64,000 nt of DNA from Rhodospirillales bacterium. GTDB taxonomy: Bacteria; Pseudomonadota; Alphaproteobacteria; Micavibrionales; Micavibrionaceae. The position numbers and the translations under genes are program-made. Under the pieces are notes generated by a model. It was not told the DNA's origin and searched no databases. It saw only the letters and a list, made by a program, of their open reading frames with translations. The stretch is from positions 1,462-65,461 of the forward strand of contig JACKIP010000009.1 of assembly GCA_020638395.1 (NCBI GenBank), read 5' to 3'. Shown here piece after piece: positions 9,129 through 18,929 of this stretch (within the stretch, counting starts at the first letter, position 1; every line of letters begins with the position of its first letter).

Positions 9129-10043
9129 ATGTCATCAAAGAAAGTCACAGCTCGGCGTATTGACAAAATTTTAACGCAAATGCAGTACGCTTCTGATCGT
9201 CTTAAGCAGGGTGGGTTGAATACCACACTGAAAGCCGCTTTTTGGGAGGCAACTCAAGGATGTGAAGGGGAGCAATTTTTTGACTCCTTTTTCAAGTATG
9301 CATCCCCGATGTTGCAACAGCGTCTGACAATGGAAATGCCCCAAAAAGAGATGATACCAGAGCAGCGTCGCTTTATAGGTTATTATTTACATGATAAGCC
9401 TGAGTTATTAGAAGCCGTGAGAGCATATGAGGATGACGAACATGTCGATCTTTCAGAAGATCATGCCAGAGCTCTGGCTGAAGAGCTTACCGATCTTAAG
9501 AAAAAGGATGGCACGGGTTCATATGTTATTGTATCAGCGTTTAAGTCGGCTACAATTCAAAAAATGATGCCTTTTTTTCCCAAAGAAATGCAAGCGGAAA
9601 TCGGAAGTGATTTGGAACGTCTGAAAAAGACAGATGCTTACGTAGCTTTTTCTGATGCATTAACTCATGCATTTGGAGATCCTCTTGGCAAACAACAGCG
9701 GATTCTTGCATTGCTTCTCCTTTCTTCTAAGAAAGGCGAGCTGATGGTCAAAGGTGATGAACTTTTGCATCAACTGGCTGTGACAAGATATTTTGTAGAG
9801 GATATTGATAGTAATTTACGAAACCTATTAAGTGGGCAGGACTTATCCGAAGACCTTGAGCTTGCTCTTATGGATCTTGAGAGTATAAAAAAGGGGGTAT
9901 CGAAAGCGATCAAGATACTTTCTGATGAATATCAGATACCTGATGGCATTCTGCGCATAACAGCAGAAAAGGATGCGCAGTCTCCTAATGGAGGCTGTGA
10001 GCATTTGTACCGCCTCCCCGATGACTTTATGCCATCACGATAA
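9129..10043 (+). CDS. hypothetical protein (304 aa, acidic, no recognisable domain)
   Basis: Clean ORF with ATG start, AT-richer than neighbours, no signal peptide or TM; no family recognised. Confidence 0.4.
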   Translation: MSSKKVTARRIDKILTQMQYASDRLKQGGLNTTLKAAFWEATQGCEGEQFFDSFFKYASPMLQQRLTMEMPQKEMIPEQRRFIGYYLHDKPELLEAVRAYEDDEHVDLSEDHARALAEELTDLKKKDGTGSYVIVSAFKSATIQKMMPFFPKEMQAEIGSDLERLKKTDAYVAFSDALTHAFGDPLGKQQRILALLLLSSKKGELMVKGDELLHQLAVTRYFVEDIDSNLRNLLSGQDLSEDLELALMDLESIKKGVSKAIKILSDEYQIPDGILRITAEKDAQSPNGGCEHLYRLPDDFMPSR

Positions 10044-10084
10044 TCCATCCTCGACTTTTCCGGGGGGAGCCCCTAGAATAGCGC

Positions 10085-11455
10085 ATGGTCAAATCGTCTC
10101 GTCTTTCCTATGTGTGCCAGAATTGCGGTGCGGTGTCTTCCCGCTGGGCGGGCAAGTGCGATTCCTGCGGGGCATGGAACAGTTTGCTTGAAGAGGCCTC
10201 GGATGCGGTCGTTCCCAAAGGATTGAGCGTGGTCGGCAACGGCAAGGGGCGCGGCGGCAAACTTGAAATTCATGACCTGCAAAGCCAGAGCGAAATTTTG
10301 CCGCGGGAAAAAACCGGAATTGGCGAGCTGGACCGCGTCACCGGCGGCGGACTGGTGCGCGGCGCGGCGATGCTGATCGGCGGAGATCCGGGGATCGGGA
10401 AATCGACTCTGCTGCTACAGGCCGTGTGCGCGTTGGCCCGGCAGGGGAAGGCCTGCCTGTATGTCTCCGGCGAGGAGGCGGTCGATCAAATCCGCATGCG
10501 GGCGGGGCGGCTGGGGCTGGCGGATGTGAATATTGCGCTGGCGGCGTCTTCCAGCGTCCGCGATATTCTGAGTGCAATGGACGGGGCGATTGATCTGGTG
10601 GTCATTGATTCGATCCAGACCATGTTTGTCGATAATATTGATAGCGCCCCCGGAACGGTGACGCAGGTGCGGACGTCGGCTCTGGAATTGATCCGGACCG
10701 CCAAGAAAAAGAATATCATTCTGTTTCTGGTCGGGCATGTGACCAAGGACGGTCAGATTGCCGGTCCTCGCGTTCTGGAGCATATGGTGGATACGGTGTT
10801 ATATTTTGAAGGTGACCGCGGGCACCAGTTCCGGATTTTGCGCGCCGTTAAAAACCGTTTCGGCCCAACCGACGAAATCGGCGTGTTTGAAATGGCGGAG
10901 AAGGGGCTGGAAGAGGTTGCTAATCCGTCGGCGCTGTTTTTATCCCAGAAACAGGAAAATATTCCCGGAAATGCGGTCTTTGCCGGTATGGAAGGAACCC
11001 GCCCGGTTCTGGTCGAAGTGCAGGGACTTGCAGCCTCAACCGCTTATGGAACGCCGCGCCGCGCTGTGGTGGGTTGGGACTCCGGGCGGCTGGCGATGAT
11101 TTTGGCAGTGCTGGAGGCGCGGGTCGGGCTGAATTTTTCCGGCTATGATGTGTTTTTGAATATGGCCGGTGGCATTCGCGTATCCGAACCGGCGGCGGAT
11201 CTGGCGGTGGCGGCGGCCCTGATGAGCGCGCTGTCCAATAAAACATTTCCGGCAAATACGATCTTTTTTGGAGAGGTCGGGTTGAGCGGCGAGGTGCGTG
11301 CCGCTCCGCAAACCGATCTGCGTCTTAAGGAGGCAGAAAAGCTGGGATTTAAAATGGCGGTTCTTCCGCAGAATTCCAAAATTAAATCCTCCGGCGGGCT
11401 GCGGCTGGAAAAAGTCCGGCACGTGCAGGATCTGGCGGCATTGCTTGCGGTGTAA
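10085..11455 (+). CDS. radA: DNA repair protein RadA/Sms
   Basis: N-terminal zinc finger CQNCGAVSSRWAGKCDSCGAWNS, Walker A GGDPGIGKSTLLLQ, RadA-specific KNRFG motif (VKNRFGPTDEIGVFEM), Lon-like C-terminal domain. Confidence 0.9.
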   Translation: MVKSSRLSYVCQNCGAVSSRWAGKCDSCGAWNSLLEEASDAVVPKGLSVVGNGKGRGGKLEIHDLQSQSEILPREKTGIGELDRVTGGGLVRGAAMLIGGDPGIGKSTLLLQAVCALARQGKACLYVSGEEAVDQIRMRAGRLGLADVNIALAASSSVRDILSAMDGAIDLVVIDSIQTMFVDNIDSAPGTVTQVRTSALELIRTAKKKNIILFLVGHVTKDGQIAGPRVLEHMVDTVLYFEGDRGHQFRILRAVKNRFGPTDEIGVFEMAEKGLEEVANPSALFLSQKQENIPGNAVFAGMEGTRPVLVEVQGLAASTAYGTPRRAVVGWDSGRLAMILAVLEARVGLNFSGYDVFLNMAGGIRVSEPAADLAVAAALMSALSNKTFPANTIFFGEVGLSGEVRAAPQTDLRLKEAEKLGFKMAVLPQNSKIKSSGGLRLEKVRHVQDLAALLAV

Positions 11456-11499
11456 ATTGCCGTTTGGCAGGGGAATTAATTCCTGTAAACTTTCCCTGT

Positions 11500-13572
11500 A
11501 TGGTCATACGATTCACATTATTTGTTTTGTTCTGCTGTAGTGGAATTATGGCACAGGCGGCGGAGCCCCGGACTTTTTATGGTGTTCGCGGGCTGAATAC
11601 GGTTCCGGATGCGCGGGCGGACGAGACGGGGCGGGTTCATCTGACCCTCTCCCGCATGGGTCGCTATACGCACGGGATTTTGGGGGCGCAAATGAGCGAT
11701 CATGTCTATGTTGCTGTGCGCCAGAGTGCGGAGGCAGATCATTTGTTCGAAGAGCCGGAGCGTCTGTATCCCGGACTTGATACCAAACTTCAGTTGTGGG
11801 ATGAAACAGCGTTCCGTCCGGCGGCGGCGCTGGGGTTACAATCTGCTTTCGGGCATAAGCGCATGGCCGGGGAATATCTGGCCCTGTCGAAGCGCTGGAA
11901 TGAATTTGACGCAACGCTTGGCATGGGATGGGGGCGCTTCGGGCAGGCCGGACATTTCAAAAATCCGTTTGGCCTGATTTCTCATTTTGATAAAAACCGT
12001 CCGATGGAAGATGAAACGGCCAATGATCCCTCCGACTGGTTCACGGGAGAGCGGGTCGGAGTTTTTGCCGGACTATCCTATGAGCTGCCGGTGAAGGGAT
12101 TAGTTCTGACCGCGGACTGGAACGCGGACCGGTATCAGGCCGAGCGCGCCGCGACCGGAAATTTTCAGGCCCCGGCCCCGTGGAGTCTCGGGGTGCAATA
12201 TCAGCCTTCTGACTCTTTCAGTGCCGGGATCGGGGTGATGGGCGGAGATCAGGTCATGGGACGGATGACCCTGTCTCCCAATGTTGCGGACTGGCCCTGG
12301 CGGGCTGCTAAGAAGAGAGCTCTCCCACCTGTTACAACCGAGCGTCCGGCAGTCGGAAAAATCGAGGACATTTCGGTCGAGGCCCGCGATGATGGGCAGA
12401 TTCTTGAAATTGTCGCGGCGGACGGGGCTGTGCTGGACACCGTTTTGTCTGTGGAAGATTCTGTCTCTGCGCCGGCCCAGTACGGACGAGCGGTGCGCCA
12501 TATGATGCGGCAGGCCCCTCCGGAGGTCACAACTTTCCGGATTTTCCCGCATTTTGCCGGGTTGCAGGGGGCGCGGCTGAGCCTGATCCGTCGTGATCTG
12601 GAGCAGGCTTTGGGGGCTCATGCGGGGAGCGCGGACGAGATCTGGCAAAGCGCGGAGTTTGACCGTCATCTGGTCCGGCTGCCATATAAAGGAATAAATG
12701 CCCATAATCTGTGGCCGGATCATATTATCCTGCAGCAACAGGTGAGTCTGTCGGAGGAAGATCAGGGTGTGCTGTCCCGGACCGGATTGATTATAGAGGA
12801 GCAGCGGGCGGCATCAGGACCATGGGCGGTGGGGGGGGCGCTAAGGCTTAATCTGGGGGATAATCTGCAAAATCTGAATGCGGCCCGCGGGCGGCCTTTC
12901 CTTCCGGTGCGCAGCGATATTGATCTGTTTGCGCGGCAAACCGTCTCGCTTGACCGTATGTATTTGTCTTATCTGAAAACGCTCTGGCCGGATGTTCATG
13001 TCGGGGCGACGGTAGGGTATCTGGAGGAGCAATATGCCGGGGCGGGGGGCGAGCTTCTCTATCGTCCCTTTGGCAGAAACTGGGCGATTGGCGCGGAAGC
13101 ATGGGGGGTCTTTAAGCGGAACCCGCTGACAGCGTTTAATCAGGGAATTGGCGTCGATCATCTTCTGAGTGGTCATGTGCAGGGATGGTACCGACTGCCA
13201 CAACATCCGGAAACAACTGTGCATGTGCGGTTGGGACGCTATCTGGCAGAAGATCTTGGAGGCACTCTGGGGCTTGTGCACCGTTTTAAGAACGGGGCAA
13301 AGCTGGAGGGATTTGTTACCATGACCGATCAGAGTGATACGGATGTGTTCGGCGGAACAACCCACTTGCAGCACGGGGTGAAACTCTCTTTGCCGCTGGG
13401 AAGCCTGGATTATATTCCTGATAAAAGCCGGATGGATCTGGTAGTCGCTCCGTTTGGGAGAGACTCCGGGCAACATCTTGATAAACCTGTTTCTTTATAT
13501 GATCTGACCGAAGCTTTTTCTTTGCAGCATGTGGCGACGCATTGGGGTGATCTGGTTGGAGCAGAAAATTAG
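11500..13572 (+). CDS. YjbH/GfcD-family outer-membrane exopolysaccharide protein
   Basis: Signal peptide (FTLFVLFCCSGIMAQA/AEP); blocks matching E. coli YjbH: GMGWGRFGQAGHFKNPF, GGAGGELLYRPFGRNWAIGAEAWGV, GGTLGLVHRFKNGAKLEGFVTMTD; track start 11464 is TTG, ATG at 11500 used. Confidence 0.75.
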   Translation: MVIRFTLFVLFCCSGIMAQAAEPRTFYGVRGLNTVPDARADETGRVHLTLSRMGRYTHGILGAQMSDHVYVAVRQSAEADHLFEEPERLYPGLDTKLQLWDETAFRPAAALGLQSAFGHKRMAGEYLALSKRWNEFDATLGMGWGRFGQAGHFKNPFGLISHFDKNRPMEDETANDPSDWFTGERVGVFAGLSYELPVKGLVLTADWNADRYQAERAATGNFQAPAPWSLGVQYQPSDSFSAGIGVMGGDQVMGRMTLSPNVADWPWRAAKKRALPPVTTERPAVGKIEDISVEARDDGQILEIVAADGAVLDTVLSVEDSVSAPAQYGRAVRHMMRQAPPEVTTFRIFPHFAGLQGARLSLIRRDLEQALGAHAGSADEIWQSAEFDRHLVRLPYKGINAHNLWPDHIILQQQVSLSEEDQGVLSRTGLIIEEQRAASGPWAVGGALRLNLGDNLQNLNAARGRPFLPVRSDIDLFARQTVSLDRMYLSYLKTLWPDVHVGATVGYLEEQYAGAGGELLYRPFGRNWAIGAEAWGVFKRNPLTAFNQGIGVDHLLSGHVQGWYRLPQHPETTVHVRLGRYLAEDLGGTLGLVHRFKNGAKLEGFVTMTDQSDTDVFGGTTHLQHGVKLSLPLGSLDYIPDKSRMDLVVAPFGRDSGQHLDKPVSLYDLTEAFSLQHVATHWGDLVGAEN

Positions 13573-13582
13573 GGGTGAAATC

Positions 13583-14095
13583 CTAACGGCCCTCCAAAAG
13601 GCCGTCCGGAATGGACACATGAATGGTTTTTGCGGCAATATCAACCGTGCCGACAAAATCGCCTTTGAATGGCAAATAAAAGCTAGAGCCGGAGGCTGGT
13701 CTGATATCAAGCAATGCGCCTGCGCCAAAATCATCTACCGCAATTACTTTTCCAATCTCAATATTATTTTCTAAAACGACACATCCCACAAGATCTGTAT
13801 GGTAATATTCGTTCTCTTCCGGCTGTTTCAGCTTGGAACGTTCAATGTAAAGCCTGGTCCCGCGCAATGCCTCGGCCTGCGTGCGGTCGGTTATCCCGTC
13901 AATTGCGGCGACATATCCGCCTTTGATTGCATTTTTAACCTGCAAAACCAGAGTATTGGCTCCGGATTCTGTTGTGAAAAAAGGATTATAATCCTCTGTG
14001 TCGCGGATATCTTCCCCGAAATAGGTCAGCTTCACGAATCCTTTGATTCCATGAGCGGCGGCAATTTCTGCGATGAGGATACGAGGTGACGGCAT
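13583..14095 (-). CDS. rimM: ribosome maturation factor RimM
   Basis: AAHGIKGFVKL N-terminal motif, PRC-barrel C-terminus; directly downstream of rpsP. Confidence 0.85.
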   Translation of the reverse strand: MPSPRILIAEIAAAHGIKGFVKLTYFGEDIRDTEDYNPFFTTESGANTLVLQVKNAIKGGYVAAIDGITDRTQAEALRGTRLYIERSKLKQPEENEYYHTDLVGCVVLENNIEIGKVIAVDDFGAGALLDIRPASGSSFYLPFKGDFVGTVDIAAKTIHVSIPDGLLEGR

Positions 14096-14148
14096 GGTTG
14101 CGAAATCCCCTCTCCCGGCCTGGCCGGAGGAGGGGATGGATCACTTTC

Positions 14149-14622
14149 TTATGCGTTTTCAGCAGGAGCGTCTGTGGCGGGAGCCTCTTCGGCCGGAGCT
14201 TCTGCGGCTTCCGGTGCCGCGGCGGCAGCTTCAGCTTCTGCTGCAGCTTTTGCTTTGGCTTCTTCTTCTGCGGCCTTGGCAGCTTCAATTTTTTCCAGAC
14301 GCTCTTTTTCGCGCTCCTGTGCTTTGGCCTTTGGTTTGGCTTTCTGCGGGTTATTGCTTTGCTCCGGCATAGGGGCCAGACCGGCCTCACCCAGGAAGCG
14401 TGCGACGCGATCAGATGGTTTTGCGCCCTGACCGAGCCAGTATGTAATGCGCTCTCCAACCAGTTTTACCCGGTTTTCATCGTCTTTTTTCAAAAGCGGG
14501 TTATAGGTGCCCACTTTTTCGATAAAGCGTCCGTCACGAGGACTGCGGCTATCCGCAACCACGATCGAGTAATGCGGTCTATCTTTACGTCCACCGCGGG
14601 ACAGTCTGAGTTTTAGTGCCAT
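14149..14622 (-). CDS. rpsP: 30S ribosomal protein S16 with A/E/K-rich C-terminal extension
   Basis: [42 protein letters not shown] is a canonical S16 N-terminus; ~70-aa low-complexity tail. Confidence 0.9.
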   Translation of the reverse strand: MALKLRLSRGGRKDRPHYSIVVADSRSPRDGRFIEKVGTYNPLLKKDDENRVKLVGERITYWLGQGAKPSDRVARFLGEAGLAPMPEQSNNPQKAKPKAKAQEREKERLEKIEAAKAAEEEAKAKAAAEAEAAAAAPEAAEAPAEEAPATDAPAENA

Positions 14623-14671
14623 AGTTTTTTCCTTTCTTAAGCGTTTCTCAGTTTTTAACTTTTTCTATCCT

Positions 14672-14715
14672 TGTCATCCCGAGGGAAGTCTGCGCAGCAG
14701 ACGGCGAGGGATGAC
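14672..14715. repeat. short hairpin element related to the nested-palindrome repeat (tGTCATCCCGAGGG...CGAGGGATGACa)
   Basis: Termini GTCATCC(C/T)GAG / CGAGGGATGAC resemble the outer stem of the 120-bp repeat; lies between ffh 3' end and rpsP 5' end. Confidence 0.5.
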
Positions 14716-14756
14716 AGTATTGAGGGCTGTAGTTTTTCCTTTCCTACTTCAACTCG

Positions 14757-16337
14757 TTAGCGTTTTTTTCGTTTGTTAATCTTTTTCGTCACTCCGCGCT
14801 TGGAGCCCCCGCCAAGGCCTGCGAGGCCGGGCATGCCCATTCCGCCCATAGGGGGCATGCCTCCCCCTAATCCGCCCAGACCTCCTAACCCGCCAAAACC
14901 TCCGGCGCTGCCTTTGTCAAACGGGTTCGGGCCGAGAAGAGACCCACCGCCGGCCTGTTGTTCTGCCTCCATCGCTTCATCAACCATGGCGGCATCTTTG
15001 CCGCTCATCAGGGATTTCATCTGCTTCATCATCCCACCCATGCCCATTTTTTTCATGCGCTTCATCACGGTTTGCATTTGCATTTGTTGTTTGGCGAGGC
15101 GGTTAATATCGTTCACGGTGACTCCGGCCCCGGCGGCAATTCTTTTTTTGCGGGAGGCATTGAGCAATTCAGGTTTTTCCCGTTCAGCTTTGGTCATCGA
15201 CAGGATAATGGCTTCCTGCTTTTTAAAGATGCTATCGTCAACTCCCGCCGCTTCCAGCTGTCCCATCATATTGCCGAGCCCCGGCAACATCTTCATAATG
15301 GCTCCCATGCCGCCCATTTTTGACATCTGGCGGATTTGTGCCAGTAGGTCATTATAGTTAAACTGCCCTTTTTTAAACTGGGCCGCCATTTTTTCGGCTT
15401 CCTGCTGATCGACGGTTTCAGCGGCTTTTTCCACCAGAGACACAATGTCTCCCATGCCCAGAATGCGGCTGGCGATCCGATCCGGGTGAAACGGTTCCAG
15501 CGCGTCCCATTTCTCGCCAGTTCCCAGCAATTTGATCGGGCGTCCTGTGACCGCTTTCATGCTCATGGCGGCCCCGCCTCTGGCATCGCCGTCAATCCGG
15601 GTCAGGACGGATCCGGTAATTCCAATTTTTTCGTGGAAAATTCTGGCGGTATTGACGGCATCCTGCCCGGTCATAGCATCGACCACCAGCAGAGTTTCTA
15701 CTGGTCTGGTCGCATTGCGGATTTGTACAACCTCCTCCATCAGAACGTCGTCAATGGACAGGCGGCCCGCCGTATCCAGCATAACCACGTCATAGCCTTC
15801 CTTACGCCCGGTCTCCATGGCCCGTTTGGCGATTTCAACCGGACTTTGCCCCTTGATGATCTCAAGTGTGGCAATACCGGTTTGCTCGCCCAGAGTTCTT
15901 AGCTGTTCCTGTGCCGCCGGGCGTGCCACGTCAAGCGAGGCCATCAGGACTTTTTTGCGCTGCTTATCAGTGAGGAATTTTGCAATTTTTGCCGTGGTTG
16001 TGGTTTTACCGGAGCCTTGCAGTCCGACCATCAGATAGGCCGACGGCGCCGGGCCGAATTCCAGCTCGGCTGTTTCATCGCCGAGCATTTCAATCATCGC
16101 ATCATTAACGATTTTAACGACCTGTTGATCAGCGCGGACATTTTTAATCAGCGCTTCCCCAACGGCGCGTTCTTTGATTTTATCAATGAATTCCTTGACA
16201 ACCGGCAGGGCGACGTCAGCTTCGAGCAGCGCCACGCGGATTTCGCGGGCTGCCAGATCAACGTCTTTCTCGGTCAATGCTTTGCCGCGCAGACCGCCGA
16301 AAATCCCACCTAATTTTTCACTCAAAGATTCAAACAT
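14757..16337 (-). CDS. ffh: signal recognition particle protein Ffh
   Basis: Starts MFESLSEKLGGIFGGLRGKALTE (Ffh N-domain); GTPase motifs GLQGSGKTTT, DTAGR, TRID; Met-rich M-domain plus G/M-rich tail; track extends 68 codons upstream with no Ffh similarity. Confidence 0.9.
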   Translation of the reverse strand: MFESLSEKLGGIFGGLRGKALTEKDVDLAAREIRVALLEADVALPVVKEFIDKIKERAVGEALIKNVRADQQVVKIVNDAMIEMLGDETAELEFGPAPSAYLMVGLQGSGKTTTTAKIAKFLTDKQRKKVLMASLDVARPAAQEQLRTLGEQTGIATLEIIKGQSPVEIAKRAMETGRKEGYDVVMLDTAGRLSIDDVLMEEVVQIRNATRPVETLLVVDAMTGQDAVNTARIFHEKIGITGSVLTRIDGDARGGAAMSMKAVTGRPIKLLGTGEKWDALEPFHPDRIASRILGMGDIVSLVEKAAETVDQQEAEKMAAQFKKGQFNYNDLLAQIRQMSKMGGMGAIMKMLPGLGNMMGQLEAAGVDDSIFKKQEAIILSMTKAEREKPELLNASRKKRIAAGAGVTVNDINRLAKQQMQMQTVMKRMKKMGMGGMMKQMKSLMSGKDAAMVDEAMEAEQQAGGGSLLGPNPFDKGSAGGFGGLGGLGGLGGGMPPMGGMGMPGLAGLGGGSKRGVTKKINKRKKR

Positions 16338-16543
16338 ATTTTTCTCTTTTTTTACTATCAGGCCCCTTGATTTCTCTTGGGACGACAAAGCGGAACGACC
16401 GCACGGGGCGGTCTTAGTCGCTGCGTGCGGGATATCCGTAGACATTTGTTTTGCAACAATGTCGGTAATTTGGCTCTGGTTATGCCGGAAAAGGAGGGGG
16501 AAGTCAAGGAAATCTGTTGCATTTTTATGCGCTTTTATCAAAT

Positions 16544-17269
16544 ATGACCGGAATGTCCAGAGATCTTCACAAATTTCCGCGGCTCTATGTCTCTTCCCGT
16601 TTGCAGGTCGGGCAGGATATCGCGTTGACGTCCGATCAGGCGCATTATTTGAAGACAGTTCTGCGCCTGGAGGAGGGGGCTTCTGTGCGGGTGTTTAATG
16701 ACCGTGACGGAGAGTTTTTGCTGCGGCTCCTGCCGGGCGGAAAAAAGCAGGCGGTGGGGATCTGTGAGGCACAGATAAAATCTCCTCCGGAGCATGTTCC
16801 GGAGGTCCATCTTTATTTTGCTCCGATCAAAAAGAACCGTCTGGATTTTCTGATTGAAAAAGCAGTCGAGTTGGGGGTGACGCAGTTTCATCCCGTTCTG
16901 AGCGAGCGGACGGACGTGCGCAAACTGAATGATGAGCGGGTGCGTGCACAAATCATCGAAGCTGCCGAGCAGTGCGAGCGTCTTGATCTGCCGCAGGTGC
17001 ATGATCTGACTCCGTTGCCGGTTGCGGTGCGTGGGGCGCCTCACAATATATTTGCCGCTTTGGAGCGGGAGGATCATTTACCCTCTCTGAAAGCGCATCA
17101 GATTGCTTTTCCCGCGGCGGTTCTGATCGGACCGGAGGGAGGATTTACGCCGGATGAGGTGAATTTTTTAAGCGCGGAAAAGCATGTCATTCCGGTTTCT
17201 CTGGGGCCGCGTATTTTGCGCAGCGAGACGGCGGCGCTTAAAATGATATCCTGTTTATCCGACACGTAA
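16544..17269 (+). CDS. rsmE: 16S rRNA (uracil1498-N3)-methyltransferase RsmE
   Basis: PRLYV N-terminus, PUA-like domain then SPOUT fold with IGPEGGFTPDE motif; track start 16517 is TTG, ATG at 16544 (or 16553) preferred. Confidence 0.8.
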   Translation: MTGMSRDLHKFPRLYVSSRLQVGQDIALTSDQAHYLKTVLRLEEGASVRVFNDRDGEFLLRLLPGGKKQAVGICEAQIKSPPEHVPEVHLYFAPIKKNRLDFLIEKAVELGVTQFHPVLSERTDVRKLNDERVRAQIIEAAEQCERLDLPQVHDLTPLPVAVRGAPHNIFAALEREDHLPSLKAHQIAFPAAVLIGPEGGFTPDEVNFLSAEKHVIPVSLGPRILRSETAALKMISCLSDT

Positions 17270-17350
17270 AATTCCCTCTGGCGGAGGAAAATTTTTTGTA
17301 GGATAATTTTAAAAACTTTCTTTAATTTTTTGTGGGGAGATCACCTGACA

Positions 17351-18826
17351 ATGTCATCACTTGCCTTGTTCGTGGTTTTATACATGCTGGTGTCAATCGG
17401 CATCGGGGTTTATGCCAGCCGGCGTGTCAAAGGGTCGGGGGATTATGTGGTGGCCGGGAGGTCTTTGCCGATTTATGTGACGATTGCGACGGTATTTGCG
17501 ACATGGTTCGGGTCGGAATCTGTTTTGGGAATTCCTGCAACCTTCATTGAAGAGGGGCTGGGGGGGACGATTGCTGATCCGTTCGGGGCGTCTCTTTGTC
17601 TGGTTTTTGTCGGGATATTCTTTGCGGCGCGCCTGTACAGGATGAAACTGCTGACCATCGGGGATTTTTATCGTCGCCGCTATGGCAATACGGTGGAAAT
17701 TCTGGTTTCCCTTGCAATCTGTATCAGTTACCTCGGATGGGTTTCGGCGCAAATCGTGGCGTTGGGGCTTGTGATAAATATTGTTTCCGGCGATGCAATC
17801 TCGTTCGAGCTGGGCATGGTGATGGGAGTCTCTGTGGTCATGTTCTATACAATCCTTGGCGGGATGTGGTCGGTGGCGCTGACCGACTTTTTCCAGATGG
17901 TGATTATTCTGGTGGGGCTGGTCAGTGTGGCGGTGATTGTGGCGGGAAGCTTTGACGGCGGCGCTCTGGAGGTTGTCGATCATGCGGTGGCACATGATAA
18001 ATTCAATTTCTGGCCGGAGATGAATTTTGTCGCAATGATCGGGTTTTTCGGGGCGTTTATTACCATGGCGCTGGGATCTGTTCCGCAACAGGACGTGTTT
18101 CAGCGGGTCATGTCTGCGAAAAATGAAAAAACAGCGGTTTATGGGACGGTTATCGGCGGGACCGCCTATTTTTTCTTTACATTTATTCCGATTTTTATCG
18201 TTTACGGGGCAACCATGCTGCATCCGGAACTGCTTGAGAAACATATGGGAGAGGGGGGCGATTATCAGAGGATTTTACCGGAGTATATTCTGGGGAATGT
18301 TCCGTTTCCTATTCAGGTCCTGTTTTTCGGGGCATTACTATCTGCGGTCATGTCGACGGCTTCCGGGACGTTGCTGGCACCCTCTGCCGTGATTGCCGAA
18401 AATATTTTGAAGCATCTGTTTAAAATCAGGGAAGAAAACCTGCTGCTGGTGCTGCGTTTGACGGTCTTTTGTTTTGGGTTGGTGGTGTTGCTTTACGCCT
18501 ACCTGAGTTCCTCGGCCGGATTGTCTATTTTTGAAATGGTGGAAAATGCTTATCTGGTGACGCTGTGCGGCGCGTTTGTTCCTCTGGCGGCCGGAGTTTA
18601 CTGGAAGCGTGCCAACAATAAGGGTGCGTTGATGTCGATTGCGCTGGGTGTGATAAGCTGGGCAGTTCTGGAGGGGGTAAATGTACAGGTGATGGCGGCC
18701 GGCGGTGAAGAATTAATGATTCCGCCGCAAGTTGTCGGGCTATTTATGGCGATCATTGGGATGATTGTGGGCAGCTACCTGCCGCAAAAAGGTCACACTC
18801 ACGAAAAAAAATTTCAAGAAGAGTAA
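17351..18826 (+). CDS. sodium:solute symporter (SSS family)
   Basis: 13 predicted TM helices, SSS N-terminal pattern GDYVVAGRSLP...ATWFGSESVLG; track start 17330 is TTG, ATG at 17351. Confidence 0.8.
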   Translation: MSSLALFVVLYMLVSIGIGVYASRRVKGSGDYVVAGRSLPIYVTIATVFATWFGSESVLGIPATFIEEGLGGTIADPFGASLCLVFVGIFFAARLYRMKLLTIGDFYRRRYGNTVEILVSLAICISYLGWVSAQIVALGLVINIVSGDAISFELGMVMGVSVVMFYTILGGMWSVALTDFFQMVIILVGLVSVAVIVAGSFDGGALEVVDHAVAHDKFNFWPEMNFVAMIGFFGAFITMALGSVPQQDVFQRVMSAKNEKTAVYGTVIGGTAYFFFTFIPIFIVYGATMLHPELLEKHMGEGGDYQRILPEYILGNVPFPIQVLFFGALLSAVMSTASGTLLAPSAVIAENILKHLFKIREENLLLVLRLTVFCFGLVVLLYAYLSSSAGLSIFEMVENAYLVTLCGAFVPLAAGVYWKRANNKGALMSIALGVISWAVLEGVNVQVMAAGGEELMIPPQVVGLFMAIIGMIVGSYLPQKGHTHEKKFQEE

Positions 18827-18929
18827 AAAAATGACATTGGCGACTTGCCAAGACTCTGGAAACACAAGTAAAATAAAATAGATATTCTATTACCAAATCG
18901 GGTGTTCACCCATTCTAAATGGTTTTACT

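Noticed and set aside
14073-14622. Several plus-strand ORFs (99-176 aa)
   Set aside because: Antisense to rpsP's Ala/Glu/Lys-rich tail; poly-Leu/Ala translations from the same low-complexity DNA
14757-16541. 594-aa Ffh ORF as given in the track
   Set aside because: The N-terminal 68 codons have no Ffh similarity; the true start is MFESLSEKLGG at 16337
17393-18244. 283-aa minus-strand ORF
   Set aside because: Lies wholly inside the SSS transporter gene on the opposite strand; His/Arg-rich nonsense composition
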